In this document: piece by piece, positions 35,384 to 43,235 of the stretch | How the letters are laid out: the number at the start of each line of letters is the position of its first letter | Numbering within the stretch: position 1 is the first letter of the stretch | Source: a virus | Taxonomy: Duplodnaviria; Caudoviricetes | Virus record (IMG/VR): IMGVR_UViG_3300048670_000918 | Location: 1 to 43,235 of that record | Length of the DNA: 43,235 bases | Strand: one strand, 5' to 3' | Translations under genes and position numbers: made by a program | Notes under the pieces: model-generated | Told to the model about the DNA's origin: nothing | What the model saw: the letters and a program-made list of their open reading frames with translations, nothing else | Databases searched by the model: none

Positions 35384-35743
35384 TCATACCTTGGCAAAGC
35401 ACACCTTGGCAACTCCCTGTCCAGGACTGGCGATGCGAGAGAAGGCGCCGTAACTGAGGTCAAGCGACCTGCCTGCAATAAACGGCCCACGGTCAGTGAC
35501 AGTGACGGTCACGCTCCTGTTGTTGGCGGGATTCGTCACTCGCAGGCGTGTGCCGAAAGGGAGCGTCTTATGGGCGGTTGTAAGGCCATGAGCATCAAAG
35601 CGACTGCCGTCTGCAGCGCGTAAACCGTGGAAGCCGTCTCCAAGCCCATAGAAGCTTGCGTGAGCGCATGAAGAAGCAGCCTCCACAGCAGTAGGCGCGA
35701 AGCCAAAAGCAAGGGAGGAAAGAAGAAGAATAGTTTTGAGCAC
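35384..35743 (-). CDS. rlpA: RlpA-like lytic transglycosylase (double-psi beta barrel) with signal peptide
   Basis: ASFYG, TAAH-like TTAHKTLPFGT, V.VTDRGPF...R.LDLS..AF motifs. Confidence 0.9.
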   Translation of the reverse strand: MLKTILLLSSLAFGFAPTAVEAASSCAHASFYGLGDGFHGLRAADGSRFDAHGLTTAHKTLPFGTRLRVTNPANNRSVTVTVTDRGPFIAGRSLDLSYGAFSRIASPGQGVAKVCFAKV

Positions 35744-35851
35744 TTGTTTGGAGAAATAGTTCGCAAGGGCTGGGAGTCTCCTGCCAGCAATGTGCAGCTT
35801 ATCACAATTCCTCTTGCCATTGCTCCCCCCTTTTCATGCTATGCTTTCCAA

Positions 35852-36053
35852 GCAAGTCGGTCCTGGAGCTTCGGCTCTGCTCTCGTAAGGGAGTCCGTGA
35901 GGGTGGACGGTGCTGAATGGATGGACTCTTCCGTAAGGATTAGTCGGGCGCTCATGGTTTGCCTGTAAGGCATCCATTCCCTTTGAGCGAAGCTCAGGAG
36001 CCGCATCATCGGAGGCTTGTAAAGAGAGGAGGGCCGTAAGGCCCTTTTCTTTT
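35852..36053 (+). ncRNA. Highly structured ~200-nt ncRNA with own promoter and terminator
   Basis: Extended -10 TGCTATGCT (35837-35845); UUCG and several GUAA/GUGA tetraloop hairpins; closing stems; terminator AGGGCC-GTAA-GGCCCT-TTTCTTTT. Confidence 0.7.
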
Positions 36054-36143
36054 GTCATGGTATAGTGACAATGGTATGGAAGGCAAGTTCTCTTCAAGCT
36101 TGTGAAGCAATCAGCTTCTCGGCAGCCAGGATTCTCGTCACAG

Positions 36144-36171
36144 AAAAGGGGCCTCACGGCCCCTCTTTTTT
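36144..36171. terminator. Bidirectional intrinsic terminator
   Basis: AAAAGGGGCC-TCAC-GGCCCCTCTTTTTT. Confidence 0.75.
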
Positions 36172-36212
36172 AATAATCAACGGCTTGTCGATACAGAATG
36201 TAAATGCGCCAT

Positions 36213-36443
36213 TCATAGAGTTCTTTCCATTCCTCCATTGTCAGGGGCTTTTGTTTGCGCCCATGTGGTGTCGTAAGGGATGGGTTCAGTGGCGTATTCG
36301 TAGGAGTCATAATCTGGGTCGTTGCGTGGGTCATAAGCCAATGCACTTTGAATTTCAGCTAGTACGGTCCAATAGTCTTTGCCGTTAGTCCATCGGTCCA
36401 TTAACTTGGCGCATAGTGCGCGAAAATCAGGCTCTTTTGTCAT
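36213..36443 (-). CDS. Hypothetical protein
   Basis: MTKEPDFRALCAKL...; N-terminus resembles that of the adjacent ORF (MTDFHSLCIRL). Confidence 0.6.
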   Translation of the reverse strand: MTKEPDFRALCAKLMDRWTNGKDYWTVLAEIQSALAYDPRNDPDYDSYEYATEPIPYDTTWAQTKAPDNGGMERTL

Positions 36444-36453
36444 GGTAGGAAAG

Positions 36454-36636
36454 TTAATACGGAGCAATGCGTGCATCTTGCGTGGCAAGTTCCTGCTTTT
36501 CTGTTTCGTTCATGAAGCCACCATATTCTTTATGTAAAGCAAGACGAATTTGGCTGATAATGTAATTTTGAGCTTTTGCATTGTCAGCGTCGGTGGCAAT
36601 GATGAGACGAATGCAAAGGCTATGAAAGTCAGTCAT
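36454..36636 (-). CDS. Hypothetical protein
   Basis: 60 aa ORF in operon position. Confidence 0.6.
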   Translation of the reverse strand: MTDFHSLCIRLIIATDADNAKAQNYIISQIRLALHKEYGGFMNETEKQELATQDARIAPY

Positions 36637-36946
36637 TGGCTCCTACGGCAGCAGCATAAGCTGCAAGATACTCTTGGAAATCAGCAGCAGTAGGCTCTTC
36701 TGTCATCTCAGCGTGCTCTAGCTGAAGCTTTTGATGAGCGGCCTTTAAGGAAAAATAAAGCGTTTCCAAGGAATAACGATGGCAAGGGGGAACAATGCTC
36801 ATAACTTCTTCCAGCGTGGTCAAGCTATCTTCTAGCTTTTCTAAGCTGAAGCCCCAGTTTACCATTGGACGACTATCAAGCATCACAAGCTTGTCTTCGC
36901 CATTGAAAGCAGTAATGCCAAATTCAGTCTTGTAAACGGTTGCCAT
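36629..36946 (-). CDS. Hypothetical protein
   Basis: 105 aa ORF in operon position. Confidence 0.65.
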   Translation of the reverse strand: MATVYKTEFGITAFNGEDKLVMLDSRPMVNWGFSLEKLEDSLTTLEEVMSIVPPCHRYSLETLYFSLKAAHQKLQLEHAEMTEEPTAADFQEYLAAYAAAVGAND

Positions 36947-37013
36947 GGGAGTCCTGTAGGGGGAACTCCGTTATTGTTGCAGGGACGATGGCAGGCGTCA
37001 ATGCTTTTGGCTA

Positions 37014-37358
37014 TCAGCGCTGCTTATGCTTCCAGCCAGTGGCAATGAAGTGGCATGGTCCTAAAGGCGCTAAATGCACATGCCTACCAGCGCGTTCCAC
37101 CATGGTCTGGAATGCCTGTCTGCGGGTCTTGTCGAGGCGTCCGTCAGGCTCCACTAGCCAGCTCCTAGCCCAGTCTGCCACCTCTTCAATGTCGCTAATG
37201 TCATTAGTGCGCACCAGGAAGTGCCTGCCACGCTGCTCTAGCTTGCGCCACACGGGATGCACCATAGGCTCCTGAGCGGCAATAGCTTGTGCATCAGCCT
37301 TTAACGCAGGCGGAATGCAAAGGCTTATCAATGGGGGGAGAATGGTAGTGTCAATCAT
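37014..37358 (-). CDS. Hypothetical protein
   Basis: ORF in operon position; likely start ATG 37358. Confidence 0.6.
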   Translation of the reverse strand: MIDTTILPPLISLCIPPALKADAQAIAAQEPMVHPVWRKLEQRGRHFLVRTNDISDIEEVADWARSWLVEPDGRLDKTRRQAFQTMVERAGRHVHLAPLGPCHFIATGWKHKQR

Positions 37359-37506
37359 TGTTTTCGTCCCATTCATCAACTTTATGCACAGAGATAATAG
37401 CGTGGTCAGGTATTAGTTCTTGAGCAGTGAGACGAGCCATGGTGATGTCACGGGCCAAAAGGGCAAATTTGTCTCCATTAGCGAAAACCACTGTGTACAC
37501 ATCCAT
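37351..37506 (-). CDS. Hypothetical protein (51 aa)
   Basis: MDVYTVVFANGDKFALLARD...; translated by eye; fills the gap between genes. Confidence 0.55.
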   Translation of the reverse strand: MDVYTVVFANGDKFALLARDITMARLTAQELIPDHAIISVHKVDEWDENND

Positions 37507-37520
37507 TGCGTTTCCTTTAA

Positions 37521-37976
37521 TCATCGGTCTGGATTAAAGATGGAATCGAAGGAAATGCCTTTCTCTTCAATGGTTTCCAGGACTGATTGGCCAACGATAG
37601 TGCGTAGCATTTTGCGCCAGTCATCATCACCACCAAAGCTTCCCACTTGCTCCATGATCATGAGCACAGTAGAAAGCTTGCTGATGTCGCTCATCACCAT
37701 AAGCATTTCACTTGTGCCATCGTTTTCAATGTGCTGCTGCAACACTTCACAATGTATCTGGTGCCATTTGCCGAGACAGAACAAGGCGATTTGCCTGTAG
37801 GTTTCGTCTCCATGAGCTTCCAGGAGAGTTTCAATGGAAGTGGCTATGGCTGGGGGAATACCTACGGTGCCTGGGTCTTCCATGAAGGGCACTAGCTGGT
37901 CGTCAATGGCTTGACGCTTATCCTGCTTAGCAGTGGCTGCCTGGCGCAGGAAATCACCAACAGAAGAAAAATCCAT
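37521..37976 (-). CDS. Hypothetical protein
   Basis: Start ATG (MDFSSVGDF) downstream of TTGACA-N17-CATACT. Confidence 0.7.
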   Translation of the reverse strand: MDFSSVGDFLRQAATAKQDKRQAIDDQLVPFMEDPGTVGIPPAIATSIETLLEAHGDETYRQIALFCLGKWHQIHCEVLQQHIENDGTSEMLMVMSDISKLSTVLMIMEQVGSFGGDDDWRKMLRTIVGQSVLETIEEKGISFDSIFNPDR

Positions 37977-38022
37977 AGAGACAATGGCTACGGAACCAGT
38001 ATGACGAAAATCGGTGCTGCTG

Positions 38023-38949
38023 TCAATCGCTTGTAACAAACGGCCAGTGATGAACGCACTGCTCTAGTTCGTTAATGGTTTGCACTTCTAGGAAATCGGT
38101 GCGCCAATTTTCTTGGGTGCCATCAATAATCTTCCCCTGCTCCTTAAGCCATCTTTTAATTGCGTTCTCCCTATCTAAAGCTTCTTGCCCAGAGACGGGT
38201 CCTATTACTTGCAGTACTGTCCATCCTCTCTGCTGATGCTTCTTGAGCCTCCTTTCAGGATCATTAGTGATACCAATTTTCTGCTCGCTGCTTTTGTACA
38301 GCAAATATAGAAAGCCAGGCTTTGTAACTTTGTAGCCACTGGCGGCGCATTTCGGACAGCCATTACCCTGATGAGTGCGATTGTTCACATAGGCACTCCA
38401 GCGATGGTCACAGGCGGGGCACTTCCAATCTCTTTTTACAGATGCTTTACATGAAACTGTTGCGGGGTCCCAGCCGTCAGCGTCTTTTGCAATATCAGGA
38501 AATCTAGTGAGCAAATCATTGATTCCTGGCGAAAGGATGTTACCAGCACAAGTGGGACATCCAGTATTTTCGCAAGTACGATGGCCGGGGCACGTAACCC
38601 ATCGGTGACCATGCTGACATATCCATGGAAGATTTCGGTTGGAGGCTTTGGTAACTGTTGCAGGGTCCCATCCATCTGCCTCGGCAGCAATCAAAGGGAA
38701 GCATGACAGCAAGTCATTGATGCCAGGTTTTACTCTGTTCCGACCACACTTCGGGCAGTTGCTTTTCTTGCTAGTTCTGCCGCAAACCTGAGTGGACCAA
38801 ATGTGACCTTCAGCACACTGCCACCTATGCACCTCTGAGCTGCCATAAGAGATGGTGGAAGGATCAGCATCTAGCAGTTGGGCTGCAACTTCAGGGAATT
38901 TCGTTAAAAGGTCATTCTGTCCCGCTATCACCTTGCGCATCGTCATCAT
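38023..38949 (-). CDS. Zinc-ribbon repeat (DUF4379-like) protein with C-terminal GIY-YIG-like domain; putative homing endonuclease
   Basis: Three NDLL..FP..A...W.C..(G)H.W...RT....CP.C repeats, then GFLYLL...KIGITN..ERRL..H...GW. Confidence 0.8.
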   Translation of the reverse strand: MMTMRKVIAGQNDLLTKFPEVAAQLLDADPSTISYGSSEVHRWQCAEGHIWSTQVCGRTSKKSNCPKCGRNRVKPGINDLLSCFPLIAAEADGWDPATVTKASNRNLPWICQHGHRWVTCPGHRTCENTGCPTCAGNILSPGINDLLTRFPDIAKDADGWDPATVSCKASVKRDWKCPACDHRWSAYVNNRTHQGNGCPKCAASGYKVTKPGFLYLLYKSSEQKIGITNDPERRLKKHQQRGWTVLQVIGPVSGQEALDRENAIKRWLKEQGKIIDGTQENWRTDFLEVQTINELEQCVHHWPFVTSD

Positions 38950-39679
38950 CCTCAGTTATGCATAATATAGCGCGACTACTCCCCGAAGGGTTGCCATCTT
39001 CGTCAAATTCAGGCTCTACTGGCTCCGATTCTGTGTCTATGGCCGCAAGGCGATCTCCAGCGTTCTTTTCGGCGTCTTTTACCTTGGTGATTTGCGAAGC
39101 CAAGTTATCCAAAAAGTGCTTATAAGTGTCTTTCTCTTCTTTTACCTTTTGTTTTTCAAAATCATAGAGGCCAAGTAACTTTGCTTGTTGCTCAATACAT
39201 CCTTTTGCAACAGTAAGAAAGCTGCTTTCCCCTGCGCTCTCCGTGATACTAATAGTTTCTCCTCTGTCAGAAATAGTCGTAATTGTTTTCTTCTTACTTG
39301 TTTCAAAGTTTTTCATAGCCTCTTCTTTTAGCGCCATCGACTCTTGAAGAAGCCTAGCTTTTTGACAATCATGACTTTTAATAATACTTTCCGTCCACAA
39401 ATTCCTATTTTGATGTCTATCTCCATTTACGGTTTCCTTACTCAACTTCATGACACGAGATATTTGCGAATTACTAAGATTGGCAGCAAGAAGCTCTTGC
39501 ACCATAAACCTACGCAAGCCAGTGGTTTCTTTGTTATATGGAATCTTGCCAGGTCCATTGCCCACTTTCTCTCGCATCTTATCAATTTGCTCTGGCGTGA
39601 GGCCAGCTTCAACTAACACTTTCAGCCCGTAACGAAGCTCAGCCTTTTCGTCAGGGAAGTTGATTTGCGGGGAAGGCAT
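38912..39679 (-). CDS. Putative terminase small subunit (HTH)
   Basis: N-terminal HTH (LSNSQISRVMKLSKETVNGD), GESSFL...IEQQAKLLGLY and acidic tail. Confidence 0.55.
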   Translation of the reverse strand: MPSPQINFPDEKAELRYGLKVLVEAGLTPEQIDKMREKVGNGPGKIPYNKETTGLRRFMVQELLAANLSNSQISRVMKLSKETVNGDRHQNRNLWTESIIKSHDCQKARLLQESMALKEEAMKNFETSKKKTITTISDRGETISITESAGESSFLTVAKGCIEQQAKLLGLYDFEKQKVKEEKDTYKHFLDNLASQITKVKDAEKNAGDRLAAIDTESEPVEPEFDEDGNPSGSSRAILCITEDDDDAQGDSGTE

Positions 39680-39705
39680 TGCAGCAACTAGCGTTTCTTT
39701 ACAGC

Positions 39706-39867
39706 CTATGCTAATGGCAAATCTCCCTTGCCTATTAAGCTCCGTGTAAACAATGCACTAAAGCGTTCCTGTTGCTCTGGCACCACACTTGCAGGGTTCT
39801 GCGAGATGGCTTTGCGCAAAGCATTAAGTTCATGCCACTCTCGCGAAGAAAGTAGAGGCGATGGCAA
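39706..39867 (-). CDS. Small hypothetical protein of a type common in cyanophages
   Basis: LSSREWHELNALRKAISQNPASVVPEQQERFSALFTRSLIGKGD; translated by eye; start uncertain. Confidence 0.6.
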   Translation of the reverse strand: MPSPLLSSREWHELNALRKAISQNPASVVPEQQERFSALFTRSLIGKGDLPLA

Positions 39868-39912
39868 AGAAGCAAGCAGGCTCAAAATGTTAGGGAAAGC
39901 TCATAACATCTT

Positions 39913-39939
39913 AAAAGAAAGGCCGCCCAGTGGCGGCCC
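39913..39939 (-). terminator. Intrinsic terminator
   Basis: Minus strand GGCCGCC-ACTG-GGCGGCC-TTTCTTTT. Confidence 0.7.
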
Positions 39940-39954
39940 TCGTAGCAGTTCTAA

Positions 39955-40266
39955 TCAGAATAAATCCTTAGGAGCCGTGTAAACAAGACTTTCCTTAAAG
40001 CCCAGTGTTTGATAATCGCCCATGTCGTCAGCCAGTTTCTTGGCTTCTTTCAAAGCAATCTCCATGCCCCTAATTTCCCCGCCATAGTCCTTTTCTGCTC
40101 TGCGCTGAATGCGCACACTGCCATAGGGGCTATCTTCTTTTTCAAGGTCATTTTCCTTTAGCAGCTCCATTAGTCTCTCTTTGTAGCGAGATTCCTTTTC
40201 GGCTAATGCTTTTTGACCTGCCTTGACAATTTCTAATGCTTTGAGTAAATCCTGGAAGTCTTCCAT
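39955..40266 (-). CDS. Hypothetical coiled-coil protein (Gam/gp157-like size and pattern)
   Basis: Helical N-terminus followed by SPYGSVRI. Confidence 0.6.
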   Translation of the reverse strand: MEDFQDLLKALEIVKAGQKALAEKESRYKERLMELLKENDLEKEDSPYGSVRIQRRAEKDYGGEIRGMEIALKEAKKLADDMGDYQTLGFKESLVYTAPKDLF

Positions 40267-40268
40267 AG

Positions 40269-40508
40269 TTAAACTCCAGAAGCGAGAGGAGCAGTCTTAA
40301 AGCCCCTATCAATGAGCTGCACAATCTCTTCAAAGCTTCCACGCCAGTGACGTTCTTCTTTTGCATCACGAGCACCATACAGAATACGGCTTTTAGGAGG
40401 ATGGCCACGATCAGGCGTTGAATAGCCGTGGTGGTTAAGCACAGTAACTGCGATGCCGTTGTGCTCTAGCGACGGAAGTACGTCAGGAGCTTGTGGTGAA
40501 GAGGGCAT
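40269..40508 (-). CDS. Hypothetical protein
   Basis: 79 aa ORF in operon position. Confidence 0.6.
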   Translation of the reverse strand: MPSSPQAPDVLPSLEHNGIAVTVLNHHGYSTPDRGHPPKSRILYGARDAKEERHWRGSFEEIVQLIDRGFKTAPLASGV

Positions 40509-40579
40509 AAAAAGCCTTAAAGCATCACAAGCTTACCATACGTTGCTTGATAACAACAATAAAAAGCGAGAGAAGTATT

Positions 40580-40760
40580 AAAGAGCACCTATGAATGACG
40601 ACCTTGGGGGTCTACCCTCTCGTACGGTGCTCAGCGAAAGGAGCTTAATAGCCCTTTGTCTTCCCCATCGTTCCTCTCTGTCGGTAGCGCCGCAGGGCAG
40701 GAGGTTCCAGGTTTCCCCAGGCGCGTAGATGCACGCGGAAAACCTTCGGGACGATTGTAA
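40580..40760 (+). ncRNA. Candidate structured ncRNA
   Basis: Stems GAGCACC/GGTGCTC, ATCGTTCC/GGGACGAT and CGCGT/ACGCG in an intergenic gap. Confidence 0.4.
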
Positions 40761-40821
40761 TACTTGCCGCAAATCCAAATGTGCCAATTTTTTGATTGGC
40801 TGCGCTTGACTTCGTGATACC

Positions 40822-41010
40822 ATGAGCGAGCCCTTCCGAACAACCATGCCTGAACCTCGTATTGTCAAGCTCCCTCGTAATGGCCCTAAGCCTGGTCAGA
40901 GCACGTCTGCATGGCTCTATGGCAAAGACAGAAATTGTCAGGCCGAGCGCGATGCAGCGCAGTGGCAGGCCATTAAAAAGGCCCCTGAAGGGGCCAGTGA
41001 ACAGTTCTAA
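40822..41010 (+). CDS. Hypothetical protein
   Basis: 62 aa (PRNGPKPGQSTSAWLYGK); start may be the second ATG. Confidence 0.5.
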   Translation: MSEPFRTTMPEPRIVKLPRNGPKPGQSTSAWLYGKDRNCQAERDAAQWQAIKKAPEGASEQF

Positions 41011-41180
41011 TTGCCGAAGCCTTTGTACGCAGGATTGATCATTGCAGTTTTTACTTCCTCGATCAGTCCTTCATCAGCATCAAGGGAAAGCTCCTCTACG
41101 GGCTCTTCAATGGGCTCAAGAGCGTCAACACAGAGAATAAGATTGTTGCTGTCTCGTTGCTTGTCCCAGATGATGACCAT
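41007..41180 (-). CDS. Small acidic protein ending KGFGN
   Basis: Translated by eye (57 aa); followed by terminator GGCCCC-TTCA-GGGGCC-TTTTT. Confidence 0.6.
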   Translation of the reverse strand: MVIIWDKQRDSNNLILCVDALEPIEEPVEELSLDADEGLIEEVKTAMINPAYKGFGN

Positions 41181-41229
41181 GACACTATAAAGAGAAGGCT
41201 GGTCTAATTATAGGCCAGCCCTGCCTCAA

Positions 41230-43235
41230 TTAAAACCATTCTTCTGCAGGAACGTTGTCGTCTACAGCGGCAAGCTTAGGCTCTTTCTTGTCGCCTGAGG
41301 CGGTAACAAACGGCTCGTCGCGAGAGTCATCACTCTCCTCTGTACTCACGATGGGGGAGTTATCACTCACGATGGGGGTGAAAGAAGCAATGCTCCAATC
41401 CTGCTCCTTGTAATCAAACGAGTGGTAAAGCCTCACCTTTTCATCATTAGGACCATCCTGGAATGTGCTCTTAATGAAGCCTTGACGCCTCGCCACTTCC
41501 AGCATCTTACCAGTGGAAGCAATGTCCCATGAGCCTATAAGACTGGCCACTTGCTGCCTAGAGAAGCGTTCGTTAGGGCGATTGACAATGGCATTGATGC
41601 AGCCATCAAGTTCCTGAATAGAGCCCCCTGCAGGCCCCTGATACTCCCAGCCATAGTTCAATGCACTGCGCTGTAAATTATGCTTACCCGTCAGGCCGCT
41701 CCTACTCTTCAACCATTCAAAGGTGAATTGATTAGGGTCGGGGTTGTTCTCTGGGCGAGTAAGCTTTACCACTTCGCTTACGTTATCAACGAAGCTAGTG
41801 GAATCTCGCAAGCCTCCGCTCTTGTTTAAGTGGTGAAGAATGACGATGCTGCAATTATATTTATTGGCAATGTCTCGCAGGCCATAAAGAACGTCACCAG
41901 CATTGCTCCTCACTAGGTCTACGTCCATGCCCGCAAGGCAAGCAGTAAGAGAGTCAATGGCAATAAACGAAGGGCGATTCTTGCGCACATAGTCTTCTAA
42001 CTGCGTCATGTGGGCAAAGCGCCAAGTCTCCCAAAACTCAATGTCGCCTGGCTCAAGACCAGCTTCTGCATAGCCAATCACGCCAAGCTTCTCGCTGGTA
42101 TCTACCAAGGGTTCATCACTTTGAATGATCAGGCTCCTTCCTTTTCTGCAACGCCTTTTGCTCCATGGTTGCCCTAAAGCAATGTTCAGCGACCAGTTGT
42201 AGATGAGAGTGGATTTGCCCGTGCCCCCTGATGCAGCTAGAAGCATCACGCTTCCTAGAGGCAGGATGCCAGCAATGAGCCATTCTCTGCATTTATCGTC
42301 TTTGGCAATCTCCAAAGCATCAATGGTGTCAAGTTCTTGGCGGCCATACACACGTTCCTTACCTTCATGGATGAGCTTATCAATGTTGGCCTGACTCATC
42401 TTTACGCCACGAGCTTCTAGCCAGCTAACAGTTTCGTAAGCAATGCGAACGTCGCTAACGTATAGCCCAACGAAATGTTCAATGCTGGAGATAATCTCTT
42501 CGTATGAGGGCTTGCCATCTTGTCCCTTATGCTTACTCTGGGAAATGATGGAAGCCAGTAGGTCATTCTGCGTGGCACCATCTTCAATGTAATCAGCGAG
42601 GTCTAAGCCATTGCCACTTGGTAGATTTTGCCATTCCCAAGATTTAGGGTCGGCATAAAGCCATTGCGCACCAGGATTGTCGGCTTCAATCTCCTTCATG
42701 AAGGCCACCCCTTGCTCGTCCCTGTCAGGGGCCAGGACAAGCTTTAGCCCCCTGAAGAGCTGTGTGTAGTCACCGTTGGTTCGGTACTGCTTGCTGCCTC
42801 CCAGGAAGGTGATGGAGGGCAAACCAATGCTCCACACTGCTTCGCAAGTGAGTTCCCCTTCCACGACAATGATGGGCAAGCCCGTCTCATTGCTCTTGGC
42901 AACGGCTTCGTCGTATTTATATGGAAGGATGCGCCCCTTGATTTCCTGAAGCTGGTTCTTATGGTCAGAGGAAGTTTTGTCGATGGTGGGGAAGTCCTGC
43001 CAGATGCGTTTGGTACCGTTGGCATCATCACGATTCACCACTACTACTTCCGCTCCCCCATTGTCCTTATAAGTAAAGGTGTAACGACCAGGATCACGCA
43101 TTGGTTTCTCCCAGCGGACCATGGGCGCAAGCACGTTACGAATTTCAGAACGATGACTTGCTGACGAATCATGCCAGCAGGTGTAGGCACCGTTGTCCTT
43201 ATTAACGCTGAAGTCGTTGCCGCCACATGCTGGAC
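41230..43235 (-). CDS. Primase-helicase (Zn finger, TOPRIM, RecA-like AAA); 5' end beyond window
   Basis: Frame is open to the edge (PACGGNDF...YTCW); VVEGE and APDRDEQG (TOPRIM); ASGGTGKS Walker A; IAIDSL Walker B; ILHHLNK. Confidence 0.92.
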   Translation of the reverse strand, partial: PACGGNDFSVNKDNGAYTCWHDSSASHRSEIRNVLAPMVRWEKPMRDPGRYTFTYKDNGGAEVVVVNRDDANGTKRIWQDFPTIDKTSSDHKNQLQEIKGRILPYKYDEAVAKSNETGLPIIVVEGELTCEAVWSIGLPSITFLGGSKQYRTNGDYTQLFRGLKLVLAPDRDEQGVAFMKEIEADNPGAQWLYADPKSWEWQNLPSGNGLDLADYIEDGATQNDLLASIISQSKHKGQDGKPSYEEIISSIEHFVGLYVSDVRIAYETVSWLEARGVKMSQANIDKLIHEGKERVYGRQELDTIDALEIAKDDKCREWLIAGILPLGSVMLLAASGGTGKSTLIYNWSLNIALGQPWSKRRCRKGRSLIIQSDEPLVDTSEKLGVIGYAEAGLEPGDIEFWETWRFAHMTQLEDYVRKNRPSFIAIDSLTACLAGMDVDLVRSNAGDVLYGLRDIANKYNCSIVILHHLNKSGGLRDSTSFVDNVSEVVKLTRPENNPDPNQFTFEWLKSRSGLTGKHNLQRSALNYGWEYQGPAGGSIQELDGCINAIVNRPNERFSRQQVASLIGSWDIASTGKMLEVARRQGFIKSTFQDGPNDEKVRLYHSFDYKEQDWSIASFTPIVSDNSPIVSTEESDDSRDEPFVTASGDKKEPKLAAVDDNVPAEEWF

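Overview
A 43-kb section of a tailed dsDNA phage (siphovirus-type morphogenesis genes). The host is very probably a picocyanobacterium, based on the short cyanophage-type class I ribonucleotide reductase pair, small ORFs of a type common in cyanophages, and cyanobacterial-type regulator boxes. From left to right: tape measure (cut by the left edge); tail chaperones with a -1 frameshift; tail and neck genes; DUF2184-type capsid, decoration protein and DUF2213 protease/scaffold; a six-gene glycosyl/methyltransferase cassette inside the head module; gpF-like minor head protein and portal; an inverted terminase block with a GIY-YIG endonuclease; a phosphoesterase, an atypical tRNA(CAT), an HNH endonuclease and nrdB/nrdA. 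A non-coding-rich region follows (26.9-29.9 kb), then small early-type genes, a probable small terminase and a primase-helicase (cut by the right edge). Main findings: (1) a tightly packed, regularly phased array of LysR/RbcR-like, RpaB HLR1-like, LexA and Fur-like boxes at 29547-29822, with a mirror-image mini-copy at 27494-27567; (2) several structured non-coding RNA candidates, the best at 35852-36053 with its own promoter and terminator; (3) an HNH insertion that replaced the nrdB 3' end with a recoded copy; (4) a probable virion-glycosylation cassette. All calls were made by eye; no searches were run.
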